Shown: one piece after another, positions 29,380 through 40,113 of the stretch | Layout of the letters: each line of letters begins with the position of its first letter | Numbering within the stretch: position 1 is the stretch's first letter | From: Bdellovibrionota bacterium | GTDB taxonomy: Bacteria > Bdellovibrionota_C > UBA2361 > JBIKUX01 | Assembly (NCBI GenBank): GCA_044347345.1 | Contig: JBIKUX010000014.1 | Span: 9,434-73,433, forward strand | Reading direction: 5' to 3' | Length of the DNA: 64,000 bases | Program-made: the position numbers and the translations under genes | The notes under the pieces: model-generated | Database searches by the model: none | What the model saw: only the letters and a program-made list of their open reading frames with translations | What the model was told of the DNA's origin: nothing

Positions 29380-30684
29380 ATGAGATCACTACTAATTGCA
29401 TGGAACTTGATCAGAATACCCCGATTGTTTGGAGCCCTCTTCCTTGTGCCGGCTATTGTTAGCCTAATACTTATCTATACCCAGCTACACATCACTGAAT
29501 TCATAATTAAAACTTTACGCCGAGATTCATCAACAATAAAACAACAAATAAACGAAAAACGAGAAAATAATATTATTCGCAAAGTGCTTCTTCACTTAGA
29601 AAAACCATTAGAAGATATACAGGTATGCCGCTGGCTATCAAATAATACTAAATTTTCGCAAGATAATTTAATAGTTCCTTGCACCATTGAAGCATACGAT
29701 ATAGCTCTTCAAGTAACAGATCCAGCAAACTACGATGCTTCTTCGTATATACAAATTTTTAATGGTCATTTTCGACGACTTCACATTTGTGAAAACTGTT
29801 CCACAAAAATCATAGTAAATGTCAAAAAAACCAAAAATACAGTAACGACGCCAAATGTTCACGCTTTTGATGTGTGGGCACTTGCTCTACTAAGTTTAAT
29901 TGAATTCTCTCAAGAAAGAGCAGAACGGTATCTTGCTATGCTCTCTGAGGTCAATAAAGTTAATGAACTTACAGGCCCCATTTTCCTTCATGCTGAAGGA
30001 TTTAAGGTTCCTATCAAAGTAAATGATTTAACAGAGTCACTTGGTGCGATAGCTGCTTTAGCAATGAATATTATCATCGCTCTTTGGTTAGCGGTGCGCG
30101 CTCACCGACGCATTCTTGATTATTTTTCGAGAAGTGGTGCTCTTCTTCCGTTAGTTGCAGCCACAGGGCAACGAGATTTCTACACGGCACTTTGGTATCT
30201 CACTGGAGCTCGCGTAGGCTTTTTTTTGATAGCTGCTCTACCTCTTACGTTTGTATACTTAAAGCGCTTTTCGAATAGACCTATTACTCATGTATTTTTT
30301 AATGGAGATATCTCGGCATTGATGGTTTGGCTAATTGCTCTCGTGTCAGGACTTCTTCTCGCAACGCTCATATCTTCTATAGCAGATCTAAAGCATCGAT
30401 TTTCGCTCACCTCGCTATGCTATCGCTATGTTCCTCTGGCTTTCGCTCTTTTAGGGGGAGCGTTCTGGGGCACTTCATTTTTATTTTCTGTAGAACTAAT
30501 GCACAAACTGCGCATCTTACTAGCTGCACTACCTATAGCAGGAATAACTCCAACTCTACTTGCTCCCATTTTTACACCGGATTACGGCGTATTGGTCACT
30601 CACGCTCTGCTCAGTGTAGCCCTTCTTACAATCGTTGCACGAGCAAATGTTCGATGGTTTGCCGCTCATTTAGAGCAAATATAA
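29380..30684 (+). CDS. Polytopic membrane protein, probable ABC permease
   Basis: One TM helix, a large loop with 4 Cys, then about six TM helices; lies directly upstream of an ABC ATPase. Confidence 0.65.
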   Translation: MRSLLIAWNLIRIPRLFGALFLVPAIVSLILIYTQLHITEFIIKTLRRDSSTIKQQINEKRENNIIRKVLLHLEKPLEDIQVCRWLSNNTKFSQDNLIVPCTIEAYDIALQVTDPANYDASSYIQIFNGHFRRLHICENCSTKIIVNVKKTKNTVTTPNVHAFDVWALALLSLIEFSQERAERYLAMLSEVNKVNELTGPIFLHAEGFKVPIKVNDLTESLGAIAALAMNIIIALWLAVRAHRRILDYFSRSGALLPLVAATGQRDFYTALWYLTGARVGFFLIAALPLTFVYLKRFSNRPITHVFFNGDISALMVWLIALVSGLLLATLISSIADLKHRFSLTSLCYRYVPLAFALLGGAFWGTSFLFSVELMHKLRILLAALPIAGITPTLLAPIFTPDYGVLVTHALLSVALLTIVARANVRWFAAHLEQI

Positions 30685-30696
30685 AAAAGGTTACAA

Positions 30697-31653
30697 ATGA
30701 CTTTAACCGAACACTGCACACGAATAACTTTTAGAGATGTAGAGGTATATTACGCCACCCACCCAGCATTACGGTGTAACGAGTTAGATTTAGAAACGTC
30801 AATTTGCGGAATTATTGGTCCTAACGGAGCAGGAAAATCTACTTTTATCAAAACTATTTTAGGATTATTAAGACCTATTCGCGGAGAATTTGGAGCCTAT
30901 TCTGTAACTAAAAGTGGACTTCACAAACTAGTACCTCAGATAGATATGGCTTACTGTCCAGAGATGGGTGCAGTCTTTAATGACATATCTGTCGAAGAAT
31001 ATCTTTTATTCTGGTGTCGTCTTCGACACGGTGGTGCAAAATACTTAAAATTTGGTAATGGAAAACATCTTCTTGATGCTCTTGACCTCTGGGCTATACT
31101 TCCTAAACGAGGCGCTTTTCTCTCAAAAGGTGAAAAGCAACGTGTACAAACTTGTGCCGGATTTCTTTTAAATCCAAAATTATTTTTATTTGATGAGCCA
31201 TTTGATGGGCTTGATGTTCAGCGCACTCAAGACCTTGTAAATCTAATTCAATTAAAACTTAGTGAAACATCATTCATAATTTCTTCTCACCGAATGGATA
31301 TTATTGAGAGAATTGCTCGCTCACTCCTGGTGCTCAACCAAGGTAAAATTGTTAGCTCAGGAACTGTCACAGAGGTTAGCACTGCTCTCGCTGGAGAGGC
31401 TATTATCCTCACTCTTCAGAGTGAAGACCGTAATAATAGAGAAAAAGTTGCGCAATATCTAACCACATCTTTTCCTCACACGATAATTACCGACAGAGGA
31501 ACAGAATGGAGCTTAACTGGGTCAGGCCTCACAGCAAAAGAGCTGGCACAATATTTTTCAACACGCTTTTCACATTTTGAAGTAATGGGTCATCCCCCTT
31601 CCCTTACTGATGCTATGACACTTTATCTGCGGAGTATATTACGATCTACATAG
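30697..31653 (+). CDS. ABC transporter ATP-binding protein (ABC-2/DrrA-like)
   Basis: GPNGAGKST, LSKGEKQR, LFDEPFDGLD, SSH. Confidence 0.92.
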   Translation: MTLTEHCTRITFRDVEVYYATHPALRCNELDLETSICGIIGPNGAGKSTFIKTILGLLRPIRGEFGAYSVTKSGLHKLVPQIDMAYCPEMGAVFNDISVEEYLLFWCRLRHGGAKYLKFGNGKHLLDALDLWAILPKRGAFLSKGEKQRVQTCAGFLLNPKLFLFDEPFDGLDVQRTQDLVNLIQLKLSETSFIISSHRMDIIERIARSLLVLNQGKIVSSGTVTEVSTALAGEAIILTLQSEDRNNREKVAQYLTTSFPHTIITDRGTEWSLTGSGLTAKELAQYFSTRFSHFEVMGHPPSLTDAMTLYLRSILRST

Positions 31654-31716
31654 CATCTTACATCAAGTTTTCGTACACTTGGGTGGGTATGATTTGCTTA
31701 TTAAAGCGCACAAATT

Positions 31717-33189
31717 ATGAAAAAACTTATTCTCATTCTCACCGGCATGCTCACTGTTCCATTAATAGGGGCAATTTTAGTATTGCTTATGCATCCTGCA
31801 AAAATGCAGGCACTGGATATGACCGCTCCTACTGTTTCTTTAAGAAATGCGCCTGTTGGATTAAAAAGTCCTGAAACCAAACTCGAATTAGCTTATTCCG
31901 ATACAGGAGCTGGAGTATCTGAAGTTTCTGTAACAATCTGTCAAGGAGAAATAATCAAAGAAATTTACTCAGAAAAATTCTATCCCAGCAAGAAAGATTC
32001 TGTTCTTACCCTCACAATAAAAAGAGGTACTCCAGAGCTTAGACAAGGACCGGCAACAATAAAAATTACCCTGAAAGATGCTAGCTTACTCAATAATAAA
32101 TTAGTTATTGAACACCCAGTACTAGTGGATTACATCGCTCCTCAAGTTGAGCCTATCTCTTCTCATCACAATGGCCGAGTAGGAGGAGCTCTTTTAGTCG
32201 CTTACAAAGTTTTGGGAGATGATGTAGTCTCGTCGGGGGTTTTAGTTGGAGAAAAGAGGTACTTTGGTGAGCCAGCTCATAATTTATCGCCAAAAATCTC
32301 AGAAACCCCCGGTCTTTTTGTATCTTTGTTTCCTATTCCGACTTCAGTAGATGAAGATATTTCAATATCCCTCTTCGCTCATGATAAAGTTGGGAATGAA
32401 GGCCGCTCTTCTTTTTACTATACAGTAAAACCAACGCAATTTAGGTCAGCAGATTTATCTTTAAGTCGTACCTTTTTTGAAGGCACAATTAGTAAACTAC
32501 TTGGTAAGTATTTAGATTTTGCTCACCTGCCATTTAGAGAATACGATGTAAAAGCCGCTACTGATGAGCAACTGGCATCTGATTTTAAACTTATAAACGA
32601 AGATTATCGAAGAGGTTTAAACGAAAAACTGCGATCCATTAATGCTACTTCAACTTCCACCAGATTATTTGAAGGAGCATTTATTCGACCCTTGAGTGCT
32701 GCACCAACATCATCATTCGGAGAACAGCGCAGTTACTCACTTAACTCTATCCCCGCTGGACAAAGTATCCATCTTGGTATTGACCTTGCCCATCTTATAA
32801 ATGCACCAGTCTTTGCATCTAACAACGGTAAAATAATTTTTGTCGGCGACTTGGGTATCTACGGCACTACCGTTGTAATCGACCATGGAATGGGTCTCAC
32901 CTCACTTTATGGTCATCTATCTTCAACATCTGTTAACGAACAAGATACTGTTTCTCAAGGTGCTCCTATTGGACGCACTGGCGTTACAGGTTTGGCTGGA
33001 GGCGACCATCTTCATTTTGAAATGAGATTACATAACGAAGCTGTATCACCCTTTGAATGGTTAGATCCGCACTGGATCAAGGATCATATCGAACTTCCCA
33101 TTCAAGACATAGTATCAACAGTTACTTCACCAGTAGATACCAAGTCAGCAGTTGTTGGGGCTACGTCAGAACAAAATAAAGGTCAGTGA
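31717..33189 (+). CDS. M23 family metallopeptidase with N-terminal anchor and beta-rich domains
   Basis: HLGIDLA, YGTTVVIDHG, LYGHLS, GGDHLHF. Confidence 0.9.
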   Translation: MKKLILILTGMLTVPLIGAILVLLMHPAKMQALDMTAPTVSLRNAPVGLKSPETKLELAYSDTGAGVSEVSVTICQGEIIKEIYSEKFYPSKKDSVLTLTIKRGTPELRQGPATIKITLKDASLLNNKLVIEHPVLVDYIAPQVEPISSHHNGRVGGALLVAYKVLGDDVVSSGVLVGEKRYFGEPAHNLSPKISETPGLFVSLFPIPTSVDEDISISLFAHDKVGNEGRSSFYYTVKPTQFRSADLSLSRTFFEGTISKLLGKYLDFAHLPFREYDVKAATDEQLASDFKLINEDYRRGLNEKLRSINATSTSTRLFEGAFIRPLSAAPTSSFGEQRSYSLNSIPAGQSIHLGIDLAHLINAPVFASNNGKIIFVGDLGIYGTTVVIDHGMGLTSLYGHLSSTSVNEQDTVSQGAPIGRTGVTGLAGGDHLHFEMRLHNEAVSPFEWLDPHWIKDHIELPIQDIVSTVTSPVDTKSAVVGATSEQNKGQ

Positions 33190-33221
33190 TCACTAAGGGC
33201 TAAATAAATTAATAATAGAAC

Positions 33222-34610
33222 GTGACAATACTTGCAGGTAAATATCAACTTATAGGAGAACTAGGTGAAGGTAGTACGGGTAAGGTATTTCTCGTTCAAC
33301 ACCCAGACCTTAATGTAAAATATGCCCTCAAGGTTCTACATAATACCTTTTCTGATAATCCTTTATTCGTCGAACAATTTAAACGAGAAGCGGAGCTTCT
33401 CCTTCGTTTTACTCACGAAGGATGTGTACAACTTCGAGATTTTGGACGGCTTGAAAGTGGTTCATATTTCATGGCTACAGACTACTGTGAAGGAGAAACT
33501 TTAAAGAATAGGCTTAAAAGAGGTGGCGCACTTGATACTGAACATGCTCTTAATCTGCTAATTCAACTCCTTGATGTACTAAGTGCCGCTCATGCACGGG
33601 GAATAATCCACAGAGATATTAAACCCGATAACATCATCATAGAAGCCGGATATCAAGGAAAAGAGATAATCAAAGTACTGGATTTTGGTATTGCACAATT
33701 ACTTGAACTTGATCGGTCTAAAGATGACAACAATAGCGAGGATTATAACGAAGAACTAACTGTTGGCACCCCTGGCTATATGTCACCAGAGCAAGCCTAT
33801 GGAGAAAGAGACCTAGATCATCGTGTCGACATATATGCCACCGCAATTATAGCTTATGAGATGTTAACCGGTGTTCCACCCTATAGTGGAGATTCGCCAG
33901 AGGAAATATTACTTGCACATGTAACCAAACTACCTGACCCTTTTGCTGCTCGATTAGGCTTACCAACAATTCTTGAAAAGCTAGTCTTCAAAGGTATGGA
34001 AAAATCGAGACAGAAAAGATTTAGTTCTGCCACTGCATTTAAACAAGAGCTCACAAACGCTCTTTCTTTATTGACTGAAACTAACGCTCTTTCAAGGATA
34101 AATGTTAAATTGGATACTTCCCAACAGGATATCTTAATTATTCATCCAGACCCCGTCGTTAAATCCTCATCCTCAAATGAAGAAAAAGCACAAACTAACA
34201 ATCAAACAGGCACAGTAGTTTCACGTATCCTTATTCTAGATGACGAAGACACTTTGCTTACTCTTACTTCTCATATCTTGCAACTTGCTGGATACGAAGT
34301 ATTTACAGCTAGTAACGTGACAGAAACGCATAGATTTTTGGTACATGAACAAGTAGATTTATTGATAACTGATGTACAGATGCCAGATATGCCTGGGTGG
34401 AAAGTATGTAAGATGCTCAAAGCCTCGCTTCCAAACCTTAGAGTGATCCTTTTTTCTACTCTGGATTCTGGAATGCTTGCAAAATTAACTTTAGATAGTG
34501 GTGCCGATGGTTGGATTTCAAAAATGACTCCACCTAAACAGTGGTTACCTTTAATAAAAGAAGTACTTAGCAAACCATCGGGTAGCTTATTGCGAAGGCG
34601 CCGTGAATAG
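33222..34610 (+). CDS. Hanks-type Ser/Thr protein kinase with C-terminal receiver domain
   Basis: GEGSTG, ALK, HRDIKPDN, DFG, GTPGYMSPE; C-terminal ILILDDE...LITDVQMP...ISK. Confidence 0.92.
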   Translation: MTILAGKYQLIGELGEGSTGKVFLVQHPDLNVKYALKVLHNTFSDNPLFVEQFKREAELLLRFTHEGCVQLRDFGRLESGSYFMATDYCEGETLKNRLKRGGALDTEHALNLLIQLLDVLSAAHARGIIHRDIKPDNIIIEAGYQGKEIIKVLDFGIAQLLELDRSKDDNNSEDYNEELTVGTPGYMSPEQAYGERDLDHRVDIYATAIIAYEMLTGVPPYSGDSPEEILLAHVTKLPDPFAARLGLPTILEKLVFKGMEKSRQKRFSSATAFKQELTNALSLLTETNALSRINVKLDTSQQDILIIHPDPVVKSSSSNEEKAQTNNQTGTVVSRILILDDEDTLLTLTSHILQLAGYEVFTASNVTETHRFLVHEQVDLLITDVQMPDMPGWKVCKMLKASLPNLRVILFSTLDSGMLAKLTLDSGADGWISKMTPPKQWLPLIKEVLSKPSGSLLRRRRE

Positions 34611-34648
34611 GTTTCCTCGATACGATTATTTAAGTTAACCTAACCAAT

Positions 34649-34978
34649 ATGAAAAAATCTCAACCATCATTGATTCTTGATGACACAGCAGTCATAGCTG
34701 CCCTCACTGCTCTTCCCGAGTGGCAAAGGACAAGTTCTTATTTAGAACGACATTTAAAATTTCAAAACTTTCGAGAAGCGTTTGCGTTTGTTACTGAATG
34801 TGTGCTCATCTCTGAAAAGTTTGATCATCATCCATCGATAACTTTCTCCTATAATCATGTTACTATACGTCTCACTAGCTTTGATGTAGGAGGTATAACA
34901 ACAAGAGATATTAGATGGGCGGAAACTGCCGAAAAATGTGCATTAAGATATAAGTCGCCAGAGTCTACTACTTCTTAA
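34649..34978 (+). CDS. phhB: Pterin-4-alpha-carbinolamine dehydratase
   Basis: FQNFREAFAFV, DHHPSI, LTSFDVGGITTRD. Confidence 0.9.
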   Translation: MKKSQPSLILDDTAVIAALTALPEWQRTSSYLERHLKFQNFREAFAFVTECVLISEKFDHHPSITFSYNHVTIRLTSFDVGGITTRDIRWAETAEKCALRYKSPESTTS

Positions 34979-35006
34979 TGTCTACTGCTTCTTAATTAGG
35001 ATAATT

Positions 35007-37757
35007 ATGGTCCTCAGTGTTGCTCGAAAAATATTTGGCACTCGTAACGATAGGGTTGTTAGATCATTACGACCCATTGTCAATCAAGTAAAAGAAATTG
35101 GAACTAATCTTGAAAATCTCTCAGATGTTGAGCTTATAAATCGCACTAGCATGCTTAAAGAGAAATTAAATCAAGGTGCTTCGCTCGATATGATAGAATC
35201 AGAAGCTTACGCTACTGTGCGGGAAGCAGCTTACCGAGTGCTACGCATGCGCCATTTTGATACTCAAATTATTGGAGGGGCAGTCCTTCATAGAGGAAAC
35301 ATCGCTGAGATGAAAACTGGCGAAGGAAAAACTCTCGTAGCAACCCTTCCTGCTTATCTTAATGCTCTCTCAGGCAGAGGAGTACATATCGTTACTGTAA
35401 ATGATTATCTTGCAAAGAGAGATGCGGAATGGATGGGACAAATTTTTCGCTTTCTAGGTCTGACTGTAGGATGTGTTCACCCAGGTCTCGCTGAATTCGA
35501 GAAGCGCCAGCAATATCATTCTGATATCACGTATGGTCAAAATAACGAATTCGGTTTCGACTACTTACGCGATAACATGAAACACTCGCTAGACGAAATG
35601 TGCCAGCGACAACACTACTACGCAATCGTTGATGAAGTAGATTCAATTCTAATTGATGAAGCAAGAACTCCTTTAATAATATCAGGGCCAATAGATGAAT
35701 CAACGGACAAATATTACGAAATTAACCGCATTATTCCTCAATTAAAGAAAGACCAACATTATGAAGTAGACTTACGCACCAAAAACCCAATTCTAACAGA
35801 AGAAGGTGTAGCAACAGCTGAGCGCTTGCTCAATATTGACAATCTCTATGACCCGCAAAACATAGAAATTGTTCATCATGTAAACCAAGCACTCAAAGCA
35901 CATACTGTATTTGTCCGAGATGTAGATTATGTGGTTAAAAATGGACAAATCATAATTGTAGATGAGTTCACCGGTAGATTAATGGCTGGACGACGCTGGT
36001 CTAATGGTTTGCACCAAGCAGTAGAAGCAAAAGAAGGAGTAAAAGTTCAAAGAGAAAATCAGACTCTAGCCAGTATTACTTTCCAAAATTATTTTCGTAT
36101 GTACGAAAAACTTTCTGGAATGACAGGTACTGCTGATACCGAAGCGGTCGAATTTCAACAAATTTATAAACTAGAAGTAATAGTTATTCCAACTAATCGA
36201 CCTATGGTCAGATGCGATGAAAGCGATTTAGTATTTCGCAATCGTGCTGAGAAATATGAAGCTGTGGTCGAAGATATAGCATCTATCCACTCTACGGGTC
36301 AGCCAGTCCTAGTTGGAACTATCAGCATTGAGCAAAGTGAGGCTCTTTCAACAGTCCTTCAAAAAAAAGGCATTAAGCACAATGTGCTTAATGCAAAAAA
36401 ACATGAGCATGAGGCTGAAATTGTTGCTCAAGCCGGCAGATTAAATGCCGTAACTATTTCTACAAATATGGCTGGAAGAGGTACAGATATTGTACTGGGA
36501 GGAAATCCTGAATTTCTTGCGGCCGCCGAAACTGGCACAAAAGATAGGCTAGATCCTAACTTTTGTGCTGCTTATAACAAATATCAAGATCAGTGCTTAC
36601 AAGAACGAGAACAAGTCCTTCAGGTCGGTGGTTTAGCGATTATAGGCACTGAGCGTCATGAATCCCGCCGAATAGATAACCAGCTTCGTGGTCGTGCTGG
36701 AAGACAAGGCGACCCTGGCATGAGTCGATTCTATATCTCTCTAGAAGACGATCTCATGCGACGCTTTGCAGGAGATAAACTACAAATGCTCCTGCAAAAA
36801 CTAGGCTGGGAAGAGGGAGCAGCCATGGACGGTAGACTCATTAGTCACTCAATTGAAACAGCTCAGAAACGTGTTGAAGCGATGCATTTTGAGAGTCGAA
36901 AACACGTCACAGAATACGATGACGTAATGAATCGTCAACGAAACATAATTTATCAACTGAGACACAGAATACTTACTGAATCATCACTTGAGAATGAAAT
37001 ACACCTGATGATTGATGATATCCTTGAAGAATTAGTCCTTGAAATATGTGATGATAAAATAAAACCATCTCAATGGGATGTTTCAAAACTTAACGAGCGA
37101 TTTTCTTTTCTTTTTAATATACCTAGCCCATTTGAAACAAAGAACGAAATTACTGAATCAAACAGAAAGCTTGATTCTCAAGAAATTTTTAATAAACTTC
37201 GCTCAGAAGCAAAGGCTCACTATAATAAAATTACGGAAGAAAAAGAGTCAAAACTTTTAGCACTACGTGATTTTTCTCAATCAGAGCAAAATGTAATTCA
37301 GTTTAGCGATAACATTCCGACCTATAATGAAATTGAACGTCGTACGATCTTAGAAGCAGTTGATTACTTTTGGAACAATCATCTTCAAGATATGGAGACG
37401 CTACGTGAAGGAATCGGGCTGAGAGGTTATGGTCAGAAGAATCCTCTTTACGAATATCAAAAAGAGGGTTTTTCTTTATTTGAAACGACTTTAGCTTCCA
37501 TCAAGGAATCCGTATTACGTCGATTATTCTACGAGCAGATCCTAGATGTGAATGTTCTTTTAAATCATATTGCCGAAGAAGAAAAACGACGACATAACCT
37601 TCTTGCAGAAAGCTCGCTATCTCATGGTGATACTGCATCTCACACTGACATTAACGATGAGGATACTTCATCAAATACAATAACATATCAGGAAAGCTTA
37701 GATGATGCTCGTGCTCGACGTGAACAATTAAAACGAGAGAGACGCAAGCACCGTTGA
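35007..37757 (+). CDS. secA: Preprotein translocase subunit SecA
   Basis: MKTGEGKT, VTVNDYLA, DEVDSILIDEARTPLIISG, TNMAGRGTDI, ESRRIDNQLRGRAGRQGDPG. Confidence 0.98.
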   Translation: MVLSVARKIFGTRNDRVVRSLRPIVNQVKEIGTNLENLSDVELINRTSMLKEKLNQGASLDMIESEAYATVREAAYRVLRMRHFDTQIIGGAVLHRGNIAEMKTGEGKTLVATLPAYLNALSGRGVHIVTVNDYLAKRDAEWMGQIFRFLGLTVGCVHPGLAEFEKRQQYHSDITYGQNNEFGFDYLRDNMKHSLDEMCQRQHYYAIVDEVDSILIDEARTPLIISGPIDESTDKYYEINRIIPQLKKDQHYEVDLRTKNPILTEEGVATAERLLNIDNLYDPQNIEIVHHVNQALKAHTVFVRDVDYVVKNGQIIIVDEFTGRLMAGRRWSNGLHQAVEAKEGVKVQRENQTLASITFQNYFRMYEKLSGMTGTADTEAVEFQQIYKLEVIVIPTNRPMVRCDESDLVFRNRAEKYEAVVEDIASIHSTGQPVLVGTISIEQSEALSTVLQKKGIKHNVLNAKKHEHEAEIVAQAGRLNAVTISTNMAGRGTDIVLGGNPEFLAAAETGTKDRLDPNFCAAYNKYQDQCLQEREQVLQVGGLAIIGTERHESRRIDNQLRGRAGRQGDPGMSRFYISLEDDLMRRFAGDKLQMLLQKLGWEEGAAMDGRLISHSIETAQKRVEAMHFESRKHVTEYDDVMNRQRNIIYQLRHRILTESSLENEIHLMIDDILEELVLEICDDKIKPSQWDVSKLNERFSFLFNIPSPFETKNEITESNRKLDSQEIFNKLRSEAKAHYNKITEEKESKLLALRDFSQSEQNVIQFSDNIPTYNEIERRTILEAVDYFWNNHLQDMETLREGIGLRGYGQKNPLYEYQKEGFSLFETTLASIKESVLRRLFYEQILDVNVLLNHIAEEEKRRHNLLAESSLSHGDTASHTDINDEDTSSNTITYQESLDDARARREQLKRERRKHR

Positions 37758-37804
37758 TATCAGCACTCAGTTAATATTAGCAATTAGTTAACCTAAAAAA
37801 TAAG

Positions 37805-38986
37805 GTGACCGTGGCCAGCCTCTCACCATTTTCACTTTATATTCATATTCCGTTTTGTATGCGCAAATGTCCTTATTGTGACTTTGCGACAGAGGCTAGC
37901 AAAGCAATTCCAGAGGATCTTTACCTAAATGCTATCCTCAGTGAGCTTAGTTATTACATTAACCAAAGTGAATGGTGTGACCGTTTAATAACAACAATAT
38001 TTTTTGGTGGAGGCACTCCCTCCTTACTATCTTTTCAGGGAATTGAAAGAGTGCTTCAGTCAATTTACAACCTGTGGAATATCGCTAGTGATGTTGAAAT
38101 CACTCTTGAGGCAAATCCTGAAACTGTTGATAAAACCAAAGCTCAAGACTGGAAGTCTATTGGCATTAATAGAGTAAGTTTAGGAGTACAATCATTTTCA
38201 GAGAGGCACCTTAATCAACTTGGCAGACATCATTCTCCTAAACAATCGAAATATGCGATAGAATATTTAATAGAAAGTAACATTACAAACGTATCTCTTG
38301 ACCTTATTTACGGACTACCATCTCAAACTACTAATGAATTAATGGCTGACCTAAATACTGCTCGCTCGCTGTGTATCACTCATTTATCAGCCTATAGTCT
38401 CACAATTGAGCAAGGGACTCCCCTAGCTTCGCATGTTTTTAATAAAACTGTGATACCACTTGATGACGACATTGTCGCAGAGCAATTTGATTTAATCAGC
38501 ACTATTTTCTCAACAACTCCGTGGTATCGTTATGAGGTAAGCAATTTTGCAACTCCTAATTACGAATCAAGGCATAATCGAGCTTACTGGGAGGGAAAAG
38601 ACTATCTGGGGATAGGTGCTGGTGCTCATAGTTACGTGAAAGGGTATCCAAGTAAAAGATGGGCAAACGTGCGTCTTTGGGAACCTTACGTTAAACGAGT
38701 AAATACCAATGTAACGCCTGTTGCTTGGAAAGAAACGCTATCATTAGAGCGAGAAATAGAGGAATTTCTTCTACTTCGTCTTCGTCTTACAGATGGAGCT
38801 AATCACTCAGATTTTAAGTCTCAATTTAATTTCGATATCGAGCAATACTTTCCAGGAGTACTAAACGAACTAAAACAAAATAATCTTATAAATGATGACG
38901 GACAAAGATTTGCAACTACATCTAAAGGAATGAAATTGCTTGATTCGGTGATAGAGAAATTTGTAGCTGAGTTTAAACCAAACTAG
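37805..38986 (+). CDS. hemW: Radical SAM heme chaperone HemW
   Basis: YIHIPFCMRKCPYCDF, FGGGTPS, YEVSNF, HNRAYW (HNxxYW). Confidence 0.9.
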   Translation: MTVASLSPFSLYIHIPFCMRKCPYCDFATEASKAIPEDLYLNAILSELSYYINQSEWCDRLITTIFFGGGTPSLLSFQGIERVLQSIYNLWNIASDVEITLEANPETVDKTKAQDWKSIGINRVSLGVQSFSERHLNQLGRHHSPKQSKYAIEYLIESNITNVSLDLIYGLPSQTTNELMADLNTARSLCITHLSAYSLTIEQGTPLASHVFNKTVIPLDDDIVAEQFDLISTIFSTTPWYRYEVSNFATPNYESRHNRAYWEGKDYLGIGAGAHSYVKGYPSKRWANVRLWEPYVKRVNTNVTPVAWKETLSLEREIEEFLLLRLRLTDGANHSDFKSQFNFDIEQYFPGVLNELKQNNLINDDGQRFATTSKGMKLLDSVIEKFVAEFKPN

Positions 38987-39031
38987 TACGCTAATGGTAC
39001 TGCGACTCTCCTACTATAAACGAGATTTAAT

Positions 39032-40021
39032 ATGAGGACACTCTTTGTTAGCATACTGGCCACCGCTTTGATCTGGCCTTTAGCATGGTTTAGTTCAAAA
39101 GCTCTTATTACCAGCGGAGGTCGAGTTAAGCCAACATTACCTTATTCCACGCCGACTCTTAACTCTCAAAAATCTGCCGAACAATCTGAGCTTCAAAAGA
39201 TTTCCAAAGAGGATGCAGGTAAGTGGCGAGCTTTAGGGCATGAATTAATAAACAAAGCATCCGCCATGAACGCTCCTGAAGATAAACAGGAAGCATTAGT
39301 TGAAGCATTAGACGCATTCAGAACTGTCCTATCGGTAGAACCAAATGACCCTGAATCGCTTGCCGCAGTAGGAGATATTGCTTTTGAAACACAAGCATTT
39401 TTTCAAGCTGCTAACTACTACTATAAGTACCTCAATGAGCGCCCAACGGACATGAATTACCACAAGCGCTACGCTAGCGCTCTCACCTTTATTGGAAAGG
39501 CAGACCAATCCGTTTCAGTGCTAGAAAAAGTCTTATTTGAACAACCTAATGATTTTCAAGCTCTTGCTTACCTAGCAATTGCAGAATCGCAACTTGGTCA
39601 TATTGAACGAGTAAAATCAATCGGTGAAAAAGCGCTTCTAGCGGCACCTAGTGAGCAAGAAAGAGGCAGATTTGCGGAATTTTTAAATAAAATAATCTCC
39701 AATTCCAAAGGATCAACGATAACGAGTCAACCAGTAGCAACAATTACTGCATCTGCTAACTCAAGTGAGAAACAAGATCCATTCCTAATGGCAATTAGAA
39801 ATCATCCTATTGCCGGAAGCAAAATAGTTTCTATTGAACGCAAAGAAGATACTCTGATACTTTTTTTTCGAGATTTTCCCATGCAAGGAATGCCTACAGT
39901 TGCACGTCAAAAATTCTTATCGAATATAGCAAAATATCCCGGATTAGAAGGTATTAAAACCTTACAATTCATGGATACAGCGACTAATACTCTGATGGAA
40001 CAATATTCTTTGAATAGATAA
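39032..40021 (+). CDS. TPR-repeat protein with N-terminal anchor
   Basis: Hydrophobic N-terminus and TPR-like helical repeats (A..F..VL..EPND..L). Confidence 0.75.
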   Translation: MRTLFVSILATALIWPLAWFSSKALITSGGRVKPTLPYSTPTLNSQKSAEQSELQKISKEDAGKWRALGHELINKASAMNAPEDKQEALVEALDAFRTVLSVEPNDPESLAAVGDIAFETQAFFQAANYYYKYLNERPTDMNYHKRYASALTFIGKADQSVSVLEKVLFEQPNDFQALAYLAIAESQLGHIERVKSIGEKALLAAPSEQERGRFAEFLNKIISNSKGSTITSQPVATITASANSSEKQDPFLMAIRNHPIAGSKIVSIERKEDTLILFFRDFPMQGMPTVARQKFLSNIAKYPGLEGIKTLQFMDTATNTLMEQYSLNR

Positions 40022-40113
40022 AATAATCGCAAAAAAATAATCAGATGTAGACATTCGCTAAAATTCCTGATACCCAAATTAGGCTAATTTAATACATTTT
40101 AGGGATTATCTGC

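Noticed and set aside
27428-30734. ORFs 27428-27814, 28052-28255, 28884-29219, 29192-29383, 29668-29862 and 30327-30734
   Set aside because: They overlap well-supported genes in other frames or on the opposite strand and carry no motifs.
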